Positions 39,131 to 52,093 of a stretch of 64,000 bases of DNA are shown here, one piece after another; the first letter of the stretch is position 1, and each line of letters opens with the position of its first letter. The stretch comes from Macrostomum lignano (Eukaryota), in NCBI GenBank assembly GCA_002269645.1, contig NIVC01001236.1, positions 15,494-79,493 of the forward strand, given 5' to 3'. The notes beneath the pieces are model-generated. The model did no database searches, was not told where the DNA came from, and saw only the letters and a program-made list of their open reading frames with translations. A program made the translations under genes and the position numbers.

Positions 39131-41378
39131 ACCAGCTAGTTGGCAGATACATATTGTTAGATTGATTACTTGCTAGCAGTAGGCAGTCGGTCTTTATCCG
39201 GCCCACTAAAATACAGATTTGACCGCTGTATATTTTACTCACTGTCTTTGTCTTGCGCCTTGGCTCTCAATGGGCTGCAAATCTGTGAAACTTCCGCCCA
39301 AGAGATTCGCAATTCCCCCCCCCCCGAGCCAATTTGCCCGTCTGTGAATGAAGGCACTTCCAGGCTCTTTGATGTTTCAGCCTGTGGAAGGGGAGCCATC
39401 ACTCGAAAAAATTGACTGGGACCAGGAAGGGCACCAACGAGTCTTATCGGCGGGACAGAGCACCAAGTCAGCGATTTGGAATCCACTTCAATTAACCTGA
39501 AATCGCTCTCACCTACCCTGCCTGCATTCCATTCTTCCCCACGGGTAGCGGATTGGCAGCGGGATATTGGTAGATAGGGTAGATAGATAGGCAGATATCG
39601 AGGCAATGAGTGAGAGGTGAAATAATGCGAGGCGTATTCGGGCCAATTTAGCCTGGCCTGGCGCAGGAACTTGTCATCCCTAAATTGGCTCCGCGCTCCG
39701 CCGGAATGCCGCGCGGGGCCTCAAGCTGGGCCGGCCGCCGTGTTGTGGAATTCTCTGGGAGCAGAGCGGCGCAGCGGGTGGCCGTGGGGTGGAGCGATGG
39801 GAGAAATTGGGAGATTTAAGCAATTGGGAAATCAATGAATGCGGGTCGCGCTTGGCCGATGCAGTGAGTGGGAGAATCTGATGGGAACGACAAATCTGTT
39901 TACCGGCAGAGGGGCGGAGATGCGAGAGGATCAGCAGAGGCTCTCTCATGCGTGGCTGCGGCCTGAATCCTGGGAGTTCATCCCTCCTCTCTCTCAACTC
40001 TCTTTTATTCCCCCAATTCTCCCATTTATTTAAAAAATTGCTGTTGTTGCAGAGGCCGGCAGCTTTTTGGGGGACGCCGGTGGAACAAGTGGTTGCCTGC
40101 GCTTGCTGTGAAAAAAAGAATTCCAGAACGAGATGAGGAGGGAGGGGAGGCTGAGCTGATCGCGAGGAATTCTGTCTCATTGTTGCAGATTATTTAGGCG
40201 GACCCCGGCAGGGATAACCCGGCTCGGGGTTCCACCACCTCACGCCTGGCTGATCTTACATGGCCTCACCGGCCCAGCTGACTCCCGCCTGCAACTGAGT
40301 GTCTATTGAGCAGAGACTCAGCAGATTGGGGGCGATGGTTGCAGAGAGGCGGCGGTAGGCGGAGGGACTGCCTGAAGTTCCGCATCGGTGCCCGCGCTGC
40401 GACTATCGCAATGGCGGGGGGGGGGGGGTCGAATGGAGCCACTTTCCCGGCAATTTAAGTCTGCGCTGTTGAGCCGGGATGCGAAGAGAGAGAGCTGGAT
40501 CTGCTTCCTACCTGGGCCAGGCGGTGCGTGGAGAATTCAGAGGTTTCTTTGCTAGCGACTGGAGATTCCCTGGGGCCCCGCAGCGATCCCGCCGGGTGAT
40601 GCAGATGGGGAGGTGAGGGGGTTCGAGCGAAAATCAGCCTCCGCGGCAACAAAGATTTATCATTTAGCGAGGCCATCAATGCTGCCAGAGATCCGAGTCT
40701 TGCTTTTTTCTGCTGACGTTTCTGGCTTCTTCTTTTTTGAAAAAAAAGAATCAGAGAAATATCAATGCTCGGATGGGGGAGGGCGGCGCCCCGGCGGCAG
40801 GGAGATAATTATCTTATTTATTTTCCATTCCCAACTGGGCCAAGGTGTGACGTGCGAATCCGGAGGGGGGCGGCCGGAGTGAAGGGGGGAGCATCTGTTC
40901 CCGCGGCACACTTTTGTTGGCTCAGTGATCAGTCAGGGGGGGGGGCTTGGAAGAAAGCCGGGCCCGCTAGAGGATTATTTACTGCGCGAATTATCCCAAT
41001 TACCGAGTCGTGTTATGCTGGAATAACACGCCCTTGTGGCCTTTCTTGCGGGGATTCTGATCCTCCAAGTTGCTGATTTCCCTGCCTGGCAGGCCCCGTC
41101 CCCCATTCAGGCTCGGTTATTCCTGGATCTCCCCTGGACGCGCCGACAGCCGGCCAGTGTTCGGGAAATTAGCATTCGAATTAGCCGCCCGCCCCCACCC
41201 CCTTGAATCCGCTGGCTGCGGCAAATTGGCAGCCATCGCGCCCGGGAACAAAGAAGTGAAATCGGGGGAGAATTGGCTGGTTCACCTTCCTTAATTACCG
41301 CTTCTGGTTATCTGTGAAAATTTTATGCTTTGTTTCTGTGCAGGAATTGATGCTCAACAATATTAACAAATCTGGCAC

Positions 41379-42197
41379 CTGTTTGAACTGCTCCTCAAAG
41401 GTCCAGTGGTGCCCGGCGTCGCTGTCGTCCGGCGAGCCGTCGTCGCCGAGGCCCAGGCCGACCTTCTCCGACGGCGGCGGCGTCAGGCTCTCCGGCGTGC
41501 CTCCCCGCTGCTCCTCCTCGCCGTCAGACCTGCCGAGCAACCCGGATGTCGGCGGCATCAGCGCGGACGACGAGGACGGCGGTGGCGGAGGCATCTGAGC
41601 AGACGGCAGCGGCGGCGGTGCCGGTGGACGCCCGAGGCCCAGCGGCAGCGGCAGGCCGCCCGGCCGGGCTTGAAGGAACGGCACGGAGGCTGCGACGGCG
41701 GCAGCGGCCTCCCTGGCCAGCAACTGCTGGTGATGGTGGGCGAAGAACTCCTGCTGGGCCAGCAGGAAGTCTCGCTGGGCAAGGAAATCCCGTGGCGGCA
41801 TCGGCAGCGACGTCGGTGGCATCGGCTGCGGAGGCCGCGAATGCGGCGGCATCGGCGGCGGGAGCAGCAACTGCCTCTGCTGCTGTGGCTGCTGCCGCTG
41901 CCGCTGCGGGGACGGCGACCCGGTCAAGGCCTCGCCGGTGCGGCGCAGCTTCGGCAGGCGAAGGTCGAGCTGCTCCTCGAGCTCGTCGTCAGCCTCGCCG
42001 CCGCAGTCATTCTCCGGACGGCGCTCTCTTTCGTCGGTTTCGTCAACCTCAGCCTCCGTCATCAACTCATCTTCGACAACTTCGTCAGCTTCAGCCGTCG
42101 TTGCTGGGCCGCCGCGCTCGTCGACATCGTCCAGGGCGGAGCGCCTCGGCGGGACCTCTGCGGACAGCGGCAGGCTGGTTGCTGGCGCTGCGGTCAT
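41379..42197 (-). CDS. ARID3: ARID3/dead ringer coding exon 1 (acidic and Pro/Gln-rich, ends HWTFEEQFKQ)
   Basis: 819-nt open frame ending in the conserved WTFEEQFKQ before a gt donor. The six exons sum to 1917 nt (638 aa). The true start may lie further upstream. Confidence 0.92.
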
Positions 42198-43509
42198 GAC
42201 TGCGAGGAGTTGGCAGCGGAGAGGGCAGTCAGTTATTATGCTGCGCTATGCAAACCGGAGGTTTTATGGGGCCGGGTCATCACCCCCTTAAAGAAATTTG
42301 GTCCCTAGACTTATTTTCGGTGCCAGGCGATGAGTCATCGAGGCGCCCGGAGACACGGAGAAGCTCGTATTTTTTTCTGTTCCACCAATTTTCACCTCCC
42401 GCCCTCCTTCGCTCAGCTGCAAATTCGAGGCAGTCCAAAAAATCTGTCTATAAAAAACAATATAATTCCCTCCGTATCGTCCCACCAGCCGGAATTATCC
42501 CCATGGGGAAACGGCAGGTCCAACCGCCGGTAGGAAGCGGGGCGGAGAATCAGACGGAGAGCCGGCAGAGCCATAATTAACTTCATCGCGAGAAATAACA
42601 GAAAGCCGGCAGCGTCCAAAAGAGGAAAGCTTTTCTACTCCACCGATGCGATGAAGAACTGCGCAACCGCGGGGATTTTACTATTGGGGAATAAAATTTA
42701 TCATCGCTTAATTGATGTCCCTCCCGAATGGAAGATTCCTGATTTCTCCTTACCTGTGCGTTTCTTGCAGATTGTCGGTGGGCGGTTCGAGTCTGGCTGT
42801 CCGGCTGCGGGATTCGCGAAGCTGGCTGTTCAGATGCGGCGTTCCCGGGGAGCAGATGAAGGGGGATATAAATTGAATGCGATGCGGCGGAGGCTGAGGC
42901 GGGCGGCCCGATGGAATGCGGCAATCGGCGATTGGGCCTGGGAGGCTGGGGAGGCGCTGAGTCGGGCTGAGGAGACTGGAATGGGATCTGGATGGATGAT
43001 GAGGCTGATAGCCGGCGCTGCTTTAACCGCCATTCCCCAGCCTCCGGCGGCCGGCCATTGGCGGGCAGGCCGGGCAGGAAGGGAAAGCTATCGAAGTGGA
43101 AAGGGAAGATTCTGCCGTGATCCTGTCGCGCCACATGTTGGGATTTGACAATTTAGCAATTTTTCTTTGTGAGGGAAGAGGGAAGAGAGAGGGGGAGATG
43201 GGGGCAGAGAGCGGCCCGCAGGGAATTGAACTTCAGTTTTCATTAACAGGGAAGGCTAATTGGCGGCCTGTACGCTCGCAGGCTGCGCACTGTTTTGCAG
43301 CAGCTCCCGCAGCCCTAGCGGAGTGAATTTTGGTTTTGGCCTCGCATCAGTCTTCGAATGTTGGCGGCGGCGATGCCAGTTATGAGCTTAGCAGACTGAT
43401 AAACACGGCTGCAGAGTCTACGCATTTCTCATACTATTGACAATGTCCTGCAATCCATTGCTTGGACTAGTCCTTTAGAAAATACAAATTACCCTGAAGT
43501 TAGTTCAAG

Positions 43510-43685
43510 CGGATTGTAGACTAGTGTCGGACTAACGACTTGAAGGTGCGGGGGTTCGATTCCCATCCCACTGGACCAATTGGTGTCCTTGAGCAAGAAG
43601 CTAAACTCCGCATTGCTTCAGTTCACCCAGCTGTAAAATTGGTGTCAGCATTAGCTGGGGTAATTGAGGGTGTCTGGGGAAACTT
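43510..43685 (+). mobile_element. tRNA-derived SINE (CORE-like body), copy 2
   Basis: ggggttcgattcccatcccactggaccaattggtgtccttgagcaag...gttcacccagctgtaaaatt...gcattagctgggg aligns with the reverse complement of 5735-5943. The A-box is partly deleted. Confidence 0.78.
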
Positions 43686-45989
43686 CTTTTCATCTTACTT
43701 GCTAAGCGAGCCAATTTACCTGATTATATGATGATTATATTATTAGTTCAAGTTCTGTAGTCTCTGCGAGGCTTCTTGCGCTTTAAAAGTCAACACAGCT
43801 TTCAGTGAGAGTCTCCTCGATGTTGACTCCGAACAATGCTCCCAAGAATACGAGCTGAGTATTCTCATGCCAGCACGTATCGCGAGTGCAGATTCAAAAT
43901 GCATCACTTCAGATTTGGACGGCAAAGCTGAACTGTCTCAGCCCGAGCCCGGCTGCCGCACTCCACCCGTCATTCCAACCCGGCATTGATCGGCCATCGA
44001 TCGGATTCAATAAAATCGGGGGGGGGCGTCTCTGCTTACTCAAAAATTCTCTCCTTCAGCTCTGTCTCCCGCCGTAAGCCCGCCGATCGAAATCCCAAAG
44101 CCTGTCCCCTCAATTCCTTAATGGACCGCGGAGGATGAGTTGGGAATGGGGCCAGCATCCACTTCTCTCCATCAGCTTTGAAGGTGGCGAATCCTGCCAG
44201 CCCCCCCCCCCACTTCCCGATTCCCACCGACAAGTGCCGCAATTGGATTTTGCCCACCGCACTGCCGCTACTCGCGCCCCGCACTCAAACTCAAAACACT
44301 TTGATATCCCATCTCGCACGCGCGGAATCCTCACCCCCAATATCCCACCGCGTTGAGTAGGGGCTTCAATAAAGAGGCCGGGGTGTCCAGGTGCCTAATC
44401 CCCAGGCTTCGGCGAGCGCAGTCTTCCGTGTCCATCATCTTCCCGCTCGCCCACTCCTCCGGCTCTGCGGTCCCCAGATTGGCAGGTGGCGCCCTCGAGC
44501 AGCCCAGAAATTCAGTCAGGACGCATTGGGTCAGGGCATTAAACACCTGAGCGAAACAGAATTTACAATTACTCCTCATTGGCATTTCAAACTTGATTTA
44601 TTGAGATTCGAGCCATGCGCGGCGCGTCATCTGCTGTCACAGCGAGGCCGTCAAAGTCTTCGATTGCACAGGCAGGCGCGACCCGCAGTTCCGCATGAGA
44701 CAGCTGGGAGGGGGAGATGTAGCACAGGAAAACTTCGAACAGGTGCTTTCGATTTCCCTGGCTAATCAATGAATCCCAACGCAGATTGAAGCAATGGGGC
44801 TGGGCACGGACTTTCAGTTTATATCCGGGATTCTGCCGCAATTGACAGCCGCTATCTCACCTGTCCATCAACTGAGTGCCAATTCGCAACTGTCGTTCCG
44901 GGAATCTGCAGGAACAGAGGAGAGGCCTGGCGGGGAGCGGCTTGGGTTCATAAATTTCACTGCAAAGCAGCCGCCCTACCTGGCAGCCGGGCCTGCAGGA
45001 ATCCAGATATTGCGACTGCGGAGAGGGGCGCCACGCCGCAGAGCAACCATGGCATAATTAGATCGTAGGATAAAATCTGCGAATGCCCGTCAAATCCCCG
45101 GTGTTTGCGCGAGCTTCCCTGGCGACGCTTCCCTGGATTCTGGTCTCTCCTCTCCCGTCCCTCCTGTCTCCTCTCTTTTCTCTCTGCTCTCTCCTCCCTC
45201 CTTTCTCCACACTCACCTCTCCTCTTCGATCTCTCTTTCTCACTACAGATTTATCCTCATTCTCATCTAGATCCCAAGCCCCAGGTGGGATCGAGCGGAT
45301 ATCAGGAAATCTTTCAGCCTCCTAATCGGATGAAGCCCGTCTTGTTGGGGGGGGGGGCTGCCTACCTGGCGATAATTGATTGGGGAATCGGGCGGAGACC
45401 GGAGCGCCAGGCCGAAATGGATTCGCCAATAAACTGAATTATTAATTCCAACCTATTCGCAAATTTGTCTTTTTTCTCTCTCTCTCTCTGCCTCATCCGC
45501 CGCTCCTTTCGATAATCCCACGAAGCCTGCCCTTCATCATTAGCCAGCCTCTTCAGGCGCTATCGCGAGCCATTTGTCATACGATGAGGCTTTGGCGGAG
45601 TCTGCATACGCGGCTGAAATCGCCTGAGCAGTGCTGCCTCCGAAATTCAAACAGTTGGAAAAGCTTGGAGCAGCAGCGGAGTCAATGCTTGTCACCGGAC
45701 TGAGGGGTCACGCGGGTCGGAAGGGAGCTGCAGTGGGAGCCAGACAGGCGGCCCGGACTGCTGAGTGGCCCCTTCAGGCTGTCCTCTCCAAGAGGCCCTC
45801 TTGACTCCGCCTGAATGTAATTGAGCACCTGCAGAGTTGGTTGAGCAGACAACTGAGGGCACAACAGGTCAGATTGAGAACCACTCTGCTGGTAAATCTA
45901 CAAGTAGCAAGTCAATGAAAGTAGCTGAGCAGAGCGAAATTAATAATGGGGATCCAGAATACTGCTTGAGATAGAGGGTGAGAGGTAAG

Positions 45990-48505
45990 GAATATAGGAG
46001 AGATGGGATGGGAGAGACGGGATGGGAGAGACGGGATGGGAGAGTTAAGATGGAAGAGATGAGATGGGAGAGACGGGATGGGAGAGACGGGATGGGAGAG
46101 ACGAGATGGAAGAGACGGGATGGGAGAGTTAAGATGGAAGAGATGAGATGGGAGAGACGGGATGGGAGAGACGGGATGAGAGAGTTAAGATGGAAGAGAT
46201 GAGATGAGAGAGACGGGATGGGAGAGACGGGATGGGACAGAAAGTATGGGAGAGACGGGATGGGAGAGACGGGATGGGAGAGACGAGATGGAAGAGACGG
46301 GATGAGAGAGATGGGATGGGAGAGGTGGGATGGGACAGAAAGTATGGGAGAGATGGGATGGGAGAGATGGGATGGAAGAAATGGGAAGAAAGAGACAGGA
46401 TAGAAGAAACAGGATGGGAGAAGAATGGAAGAGACAGGATGGGAGAGATGGGAGGGAAGAGACAGGAAGGAAGAGATAAGATAGGAGAGACGGGATGGGA
46501 GAGACGGGATGGAATAGACGGGATGGAAGAGACGGGATGGGAGAGACGGGATGGAATAGACGGGATGGAAGAGACGGGATGGAAGAGACGGGATGGAAGA
46601 GACGGGATGGAAGAGACGGGATGGAAGAGACGGGATGGAAGAGACGGGATGGAAGAGACGGGATGGAAGAGACGGGATGGAAGAGACGGGATGGAAGAGA
46701 CGGGATGGAAGAGACGGGATGGAAGAGACGGGATGGAAGAGACGGGATGGAAGAGACGGGATGGAAGAGACGGGATGGAAGAGACGGGATGGAAGAGACG
46801 GGATGGAAGAGACGGGATGGAAGAGACGGGATGGAAGAGATAAGATAGGAGAGACGGGATGGAAAAGACGGGATGGGAGAGACGGGATGGAAGAGACGGG
46901 ATGGAAGAGACGGGATGGAAGAGACGGGATGGAAGAGACGGGATGGAAGAGACGGGATGGAAGAGACGGGATGGGAGAGATGGGATGAGAGAGACGGGAG
47001 AGACAGGATGGGAGAGATGGGAGACACGGGATGGAAGAGACGGGATGGAAGAGACGGGATGGGAGAGACGGGATGGGAGAGATGGAAGAGACGGGATGGG
47101 AGAGATGGGATGGGAGAGACGGGATGGGAGAGATGGAATGAGAGAGACAGGATGGAAGAGACGGGATGGAAGAGACGGGATGGAAGAGACGGGATGGAAG
47201 AGACGGGATGGAAGAGACGGGATGGAAGAGACGGGATGAAGAGACGGGATGGAATAGACGGGATAGAAGAGACGGGATGGAATAGACGGGATGGAAGAGA
47301 CGGGATGGGAGAGACGGGATGGAAGAGACGGGATGGAATAGACGGGATGGAAAAGAGAGGGGATGGGAGAGACGGGATGGAATAGACGGGATGGAAGAGA
47401 CGGGATGGAAGAGACGGGATGGAATAGACGGGTTGGAAGAGACGGGATGGAAGAGACGGGATCGAAGACAGGATAGAAGAGACGGGATGGAATAGACGGG
47501 ATGGGAGACAGGATGGAAGAGACGGGATGGGAGAGACGGGATGGGAGAGACGGGATGGGAGAGACGGGATGGGAGAGACGGGATGGGAGAGATGGGATAG
47601 GAAAGACGGGATGGAAGAGACGGGATGGGAGAGATGGGATGGAAGAGACGGGATGGAAGAGACGGGATCGTAGACAGGATAGAAGAGACGGGATGGAAGA
47701 GACGGGATGGAAGAGATGGGATAGTAGAGACGGGATGGGAGAGATGGGATGGAAGAGACGGGATGGAAGAGACGGGATCGGAGACAGGATAGAAGAGACG
47801 GGATGGAAGAGACGGGATGGGAGAGACAGGATAGTAGAGACGGGATGGGAGAGATGGGATAAGAAAGACGGGATGGAAGAGACGGGATGGAAGAGACGGG
47901 ATGGAAGAGACGGGATGGAAGAGACGGGATGGAAGAGACGGGATGGAAGAGACGGGATGGAAGAGACGGGATGGAAGAGACGGGATAGTAGAGACGGGAT
48001 GGGAGAGATGGGATGGAAGAGACGGGATGGAAGAGACGGGATGGAAGAGACGGGATGGAATAGACGGGATGGAAGAGACGGGATGGGAGAGACGGGATGG
48101 GATACAGAATAGAAGAGACAGGATAGAAGAGACGGGATGGAAGAGACGGGATGGGAGAGACGGGATGGGAGAGACAGGATAGGAGAGACGGGATGGGAGA
48201 GACGGGATGGGAGAGACGGGATGGGAGAGACGGGATGGAAGAGACGGGATGGAAGAGACGGGATGGAATAGACGGGATGGAAGAGACGGGATGGGAGAGA
48301 CGGGATGGGATACAGAATAGAAGAGACAGGATAGAAGAGACGGGATGGAAGAGACGGGATAGAAGAGACGGGATGGAATAGACGGGATGGAAGAGACGGG
48401 ATGGGAGAGACGGGATGGAAGAGACGGGGTGGAAGAGACGGGATGGAAGAGACGTGATGGAAGAGACGGGATGGAAGAGACGGGATCGGAGACAGGATAG
48501 AAGAG
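45990..48505. repeat. 14-bp purine-rich minisatellite GGATGGAAGAGACG (~2.5 kb)
   Basis: Homogeneous core at ~46570-46830 with degenerate flanks. Confidence 0.96.
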
Positions 48506-49740
48506 ACATGACAGAAGATCTGACAGCAGCTGGGACTGCAGGATGGACAGGTAACGACAAGACCGGACAAAGTTTATTTAATGGCCGCGTGATGCATCAG
48601 GACAGCTGCGGAGCCAAGTCCCAGAATGCCGAGTCGAACTCCCCAGTGAATCGGCCGTGTTGCCAGCCCAGGCCCGGCCGTGATGCAACCATGGCTTACA
48701 ACTTGGCTGACAAAATCTGCATTTAGAATTTCAACCCAGGAATTGAATTGGGGATTGAGGTGGCGTCATCATCATCATTTTCCCTTTAGTGAGGGGAAGT
48801 CCGAGCCCTGTTGTTCCGCAATATCTGCAACGCGTCAGCTGCCGCGCCGCGGAACTGCGGAGGTCGGACAGTTGTGGAAGTTCGCAGATTCTGAAAGAGG
48901 CGTCTTTGATTTCCCGGGTTGCTGGGGCCTGAGGACGGCTGTTTAGTTTCCCAGCGTTGCAGAATTTCTCTGCTACTAAATATCCCCCATTTGCATAACC
49001 TGTTGACTGTAGAGGCGGATAAGTTGAAGACAGTATCTGAATGTGAAGCGATGGGTGCCACTTGGCGGGGGCATTGTATCATTTTTATCGCCGGCATTCA
49101 AGTGTCAAGGAGGCCAAAAACTGACCAATTTGGGCTGGGGACTAAAACGTTTTCTGTGTAAAGTGCGACCGGAGGCAGGGGTTCCTCGGGAGCGGCGCTG
49201 CGGGCGGCTCTTAAGTGGATTAATAAAAAAGAGTCGATGGGGTGGAGAGCCACCTTGCCGATTGGGGGGATCGAGCATCTGGCCAGAGACATCAAAATGC
49301 TTTTCTTACACCTGACCAGCCTCCAGGTGTGCCGCATTGCGCTGCTCAGCCGCATAAAGAATTCGTCATAAAGAATTTTGCTTGCGCGAAATGCAGATCG
49401 GCTTTTTGCACCAACAATAATTTTACACCTCTTTGAAATCCGTGACGGGAGGCAATGGCGGCCGGTTGAGGCGCAGAGAGGATTTCCTGGCATTGGCAAC
49501 TGCAGCAATGGGGAGGAAGGAAAGGGAGAAACAGAGGAAGCAGCAACCAGAAAGCCGATGGCTGCCATTGAGAGTGACGCTGGGTGTGACACTGAGAGTG
49601 ACACTGAGAATGATACCGAGTGTGCCATTCAGAGTGATACTGATAGTGACTCAAAGAGAGACACTGGTGGCAATGAGATCGCCATTAAGAGGGAATGTGC
49701 CATTATGAATTTTATTGAGATTCGTACCGACAATGCCAAT

Positions 49741-50448
49741 AGTGACAGTGACAGTGACAGTCACAGTGACAGTGACAGTGACAGTGACAGTGACAGTGAC
49801 AGTGACAGTGACAGTCACAGTGACAGTCACAGTGACAGTGACAGTGACAGTGACAGTGACAGTGACAGTGACAGTGACAGTGACAGTGACAGTGACAGTG
49901 ACAGTGACAGTGACAGTCACAGTTACAGGGACAGTGACAGTGACAGTAACAGTGACAGTAACAGTGACAGTGACAGTGACAGTGACAGTAACAGTAACAG
50001 TGACAGTGACAGTGACAGTGACAGTGACAGTGACAGTGACAGTGACAGTGACAGTGACAGTGACAGTGACAGTGACAGTGACAGTGACAGTGACAGTGAC
50101 AGTGACAGTGACAGTGACAGTGACAGTGACAGTGACAGTGACAGTGACAGTCACAGTTACAGGGACAGTGACAGTGACAGTGACAGTGACAGTGACAGTG
50201 ACAGTGACAGTGACAGTGACAGTGACAGTCACAGTTACAGGGACAGTGACAGTGACAGTAACAGTGACAGTAACAGTGACAGTGACAGTGACAGTGACAG
50301 TAACAGTAACAGTGACAGTGACAGTGACAGTGACAGTGACAGTGACAGTGACAGTGACAGTGACAGTGACAGTGACAGTGACAGTGACAGTGACAGTGAC
50401 AGTGACAGTGACAGTGACAGTGACAGTGACAGTGACAGTGACAGTGAC
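49741..50448. repeat. (AGTGAC)n hexanucleotide repeat (~118 units) with a degenerate 5' flank from ~49570
   Basis: Directly visible. Produces the SD/VT repeat ORFs. Confidence 0.98.
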
Positions 50449-51593
50449 TCTAGAAGAGCAATCGAAGCGAGCATCGTGAATTGACATTGCGAGCGCACAA
50501 CAAAGTTAGAGAGACGCAGAATTGAGGGGCCGGGCGATCTTCAAAAAAAGATATGGGGAAGAGAGGAGGCTCAGACCGAAGTCCCAGGGGTTGTTGGGGA
50601 GGGGGGCTGATCGCCAGGGGATATCGACCGTGAGCAGTGATTAATGACTGGGGCTTCACTCCGCTCAGTAATGAATAGCCAAACGGAGAGGCGGCCTCCC
50701 CATCCCAACAGGCCCAGCTTAATGGGATGTTTTAATTTTTTCTCTGCCTCTCCCCGTCATCTCACAACTCCTCAAGCTCACCGCATGATTTACCTTTTAC
50801 TGCCTTCGCCCGCCGCATCCGACTGATTCAAACGAATTAACAGACAGGCGCGCTGTAATCAGGATTGAGGATGCCACTGTATCATTATCCCCCGCCTTTC
50901 TCCCTTATTTATTCCCCCTTCTTGAGCTTCTCGAGTCACGCTCTGCCCCTCCCGCTCTCGCCCCGATCCCAGCTGATCCCCGGCAGCCATCCCCGTCCTC
51001 CACCTGACGGGGGCCGAGCTGCTCAATTGAGCGCAAATTACAGTTTAAACATTCCTAAGCCGATGTTTGCCTTTCGGCTTTCTTTTAGTAGGCCTGTACA
51101 GTTTTGCTAGATATCAGCATCCACAACTGCGGCTGGTTGGCACTGGCAATGGAAAAATAATCTTCTCTATGCGCTCCCATGGGGTCAATGAAAAAGTCAG
51201 GGCCGTTGTACACCCTGGGTGAGCGTTGTAACTACCTAGCAGAGATTGAAAATCAACGTTTTGCTGCCTCTTGAAGCAGAAACAACCTGGATGTGCAGCC
51301 CCAACCAAAAACGCTCTTTGAGACGCTGGAAATCATGGATTTGGCCGCTCGCCCCCAGCTCCTTCTTGTGCGCCAGTCTCTGAGCCTGAGGCTGATCTCT
51401 GCACTGCCTATTGTCTGCCTGCTCCATTGTCTGGCTTGAGTTGAGAGCTAGAGATGTACTCGCTCTCACTGTCAACCCCTCCGTTTCTGTCTCTCTCTCC
51501 CTCGTCACCTATAAGAACAATCACAATTAAAACAAATTAGCCGAAGGATTCGATGCTTTTTGAACGGAAACAAAAATCAAATCACAATTCCAG

Positions 51594-51681
51594 ATGGCAA
51601 AGTTGCGATCTCTCTTAGGCAGCTTTGCCGTCATCGTTGCCTTGGCAGCCTCATCACAGGGCGCAGCCAACTATTCGTTCG
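51594..51681 (+). CDS. Divergent ionotropic glutamate receptor-like gene, exon 1 (signal peptide)
   Basis: MAKLRSLLGSFAVIVALAASSQGAANYSF then G|gtgagc donor. The exon 1/2 junction is uncertain. Confidence 0.6.
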
Positions 51682-51725
51682 GTGAGCAGCTATGCAGAAA
51701 TTGTGACTGCTATTTTAAACTGGAG

Positions 51726-51929
51726 CAATTCACTTCCTGTACAGCACCACCGCCATGATTGCAGCCGTGTTCTGGACCCGGGCCGGGGTGGCAGCGGAGC
51801 TGAGCGGCCTGTACCGAGACCTGTTCGAGTCCACACTGCGCAGCTCGTGTCCCGCCGCCGCGCATGCGGCTCTGACATTTGAAGAATTCCCGCTGCCTAA
51901 GTGGCCGCCCCTGGAGCTGCTGGAGTCCT
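51726..51929 (+). CDS. iGluR-like exon 2 (ATD start)
   Basis: Open frame ...MIAAVFWTRAG...LELLES, T|gtgaga donor. The 5' boundary is uncertain (51726 needs a GAG acceptor; 51745 is an alternative). Confidence 0.6.
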
Positions 51930-52093
51930 GTGAGAGTCTCCCTGAGATTCTAAACTTTAGAGCTCAAATTCTCTGAAGTTGAATTAGTGTGAATCAATAT
52001 TTTTTGCACCTGTAAGACCATCAACTACTGCCTATGATCTGAGCTGGGCTTCAATTTTTCTGATTCTACTTTCTCTTCAAAAAATTCTGCCAA

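Noticed and set aside
41406-42308. Plus-strand ORFs opposite ARID3 exon 1
   Set aside because: Antisense shadows of a GC-rich coding exon.
46129-48570. ~800-aa ORFs on the minus strand
   Set aside because: Translation of the 14-bp purine minisatellite.
48781-48795. 15-nt identity to the T3 phage promoter (CCCTCACTAAAGGGA, minus strand)
   Set aside because: Flanks do not continue as vector (no AATTAA or polylinker); treated as chance.
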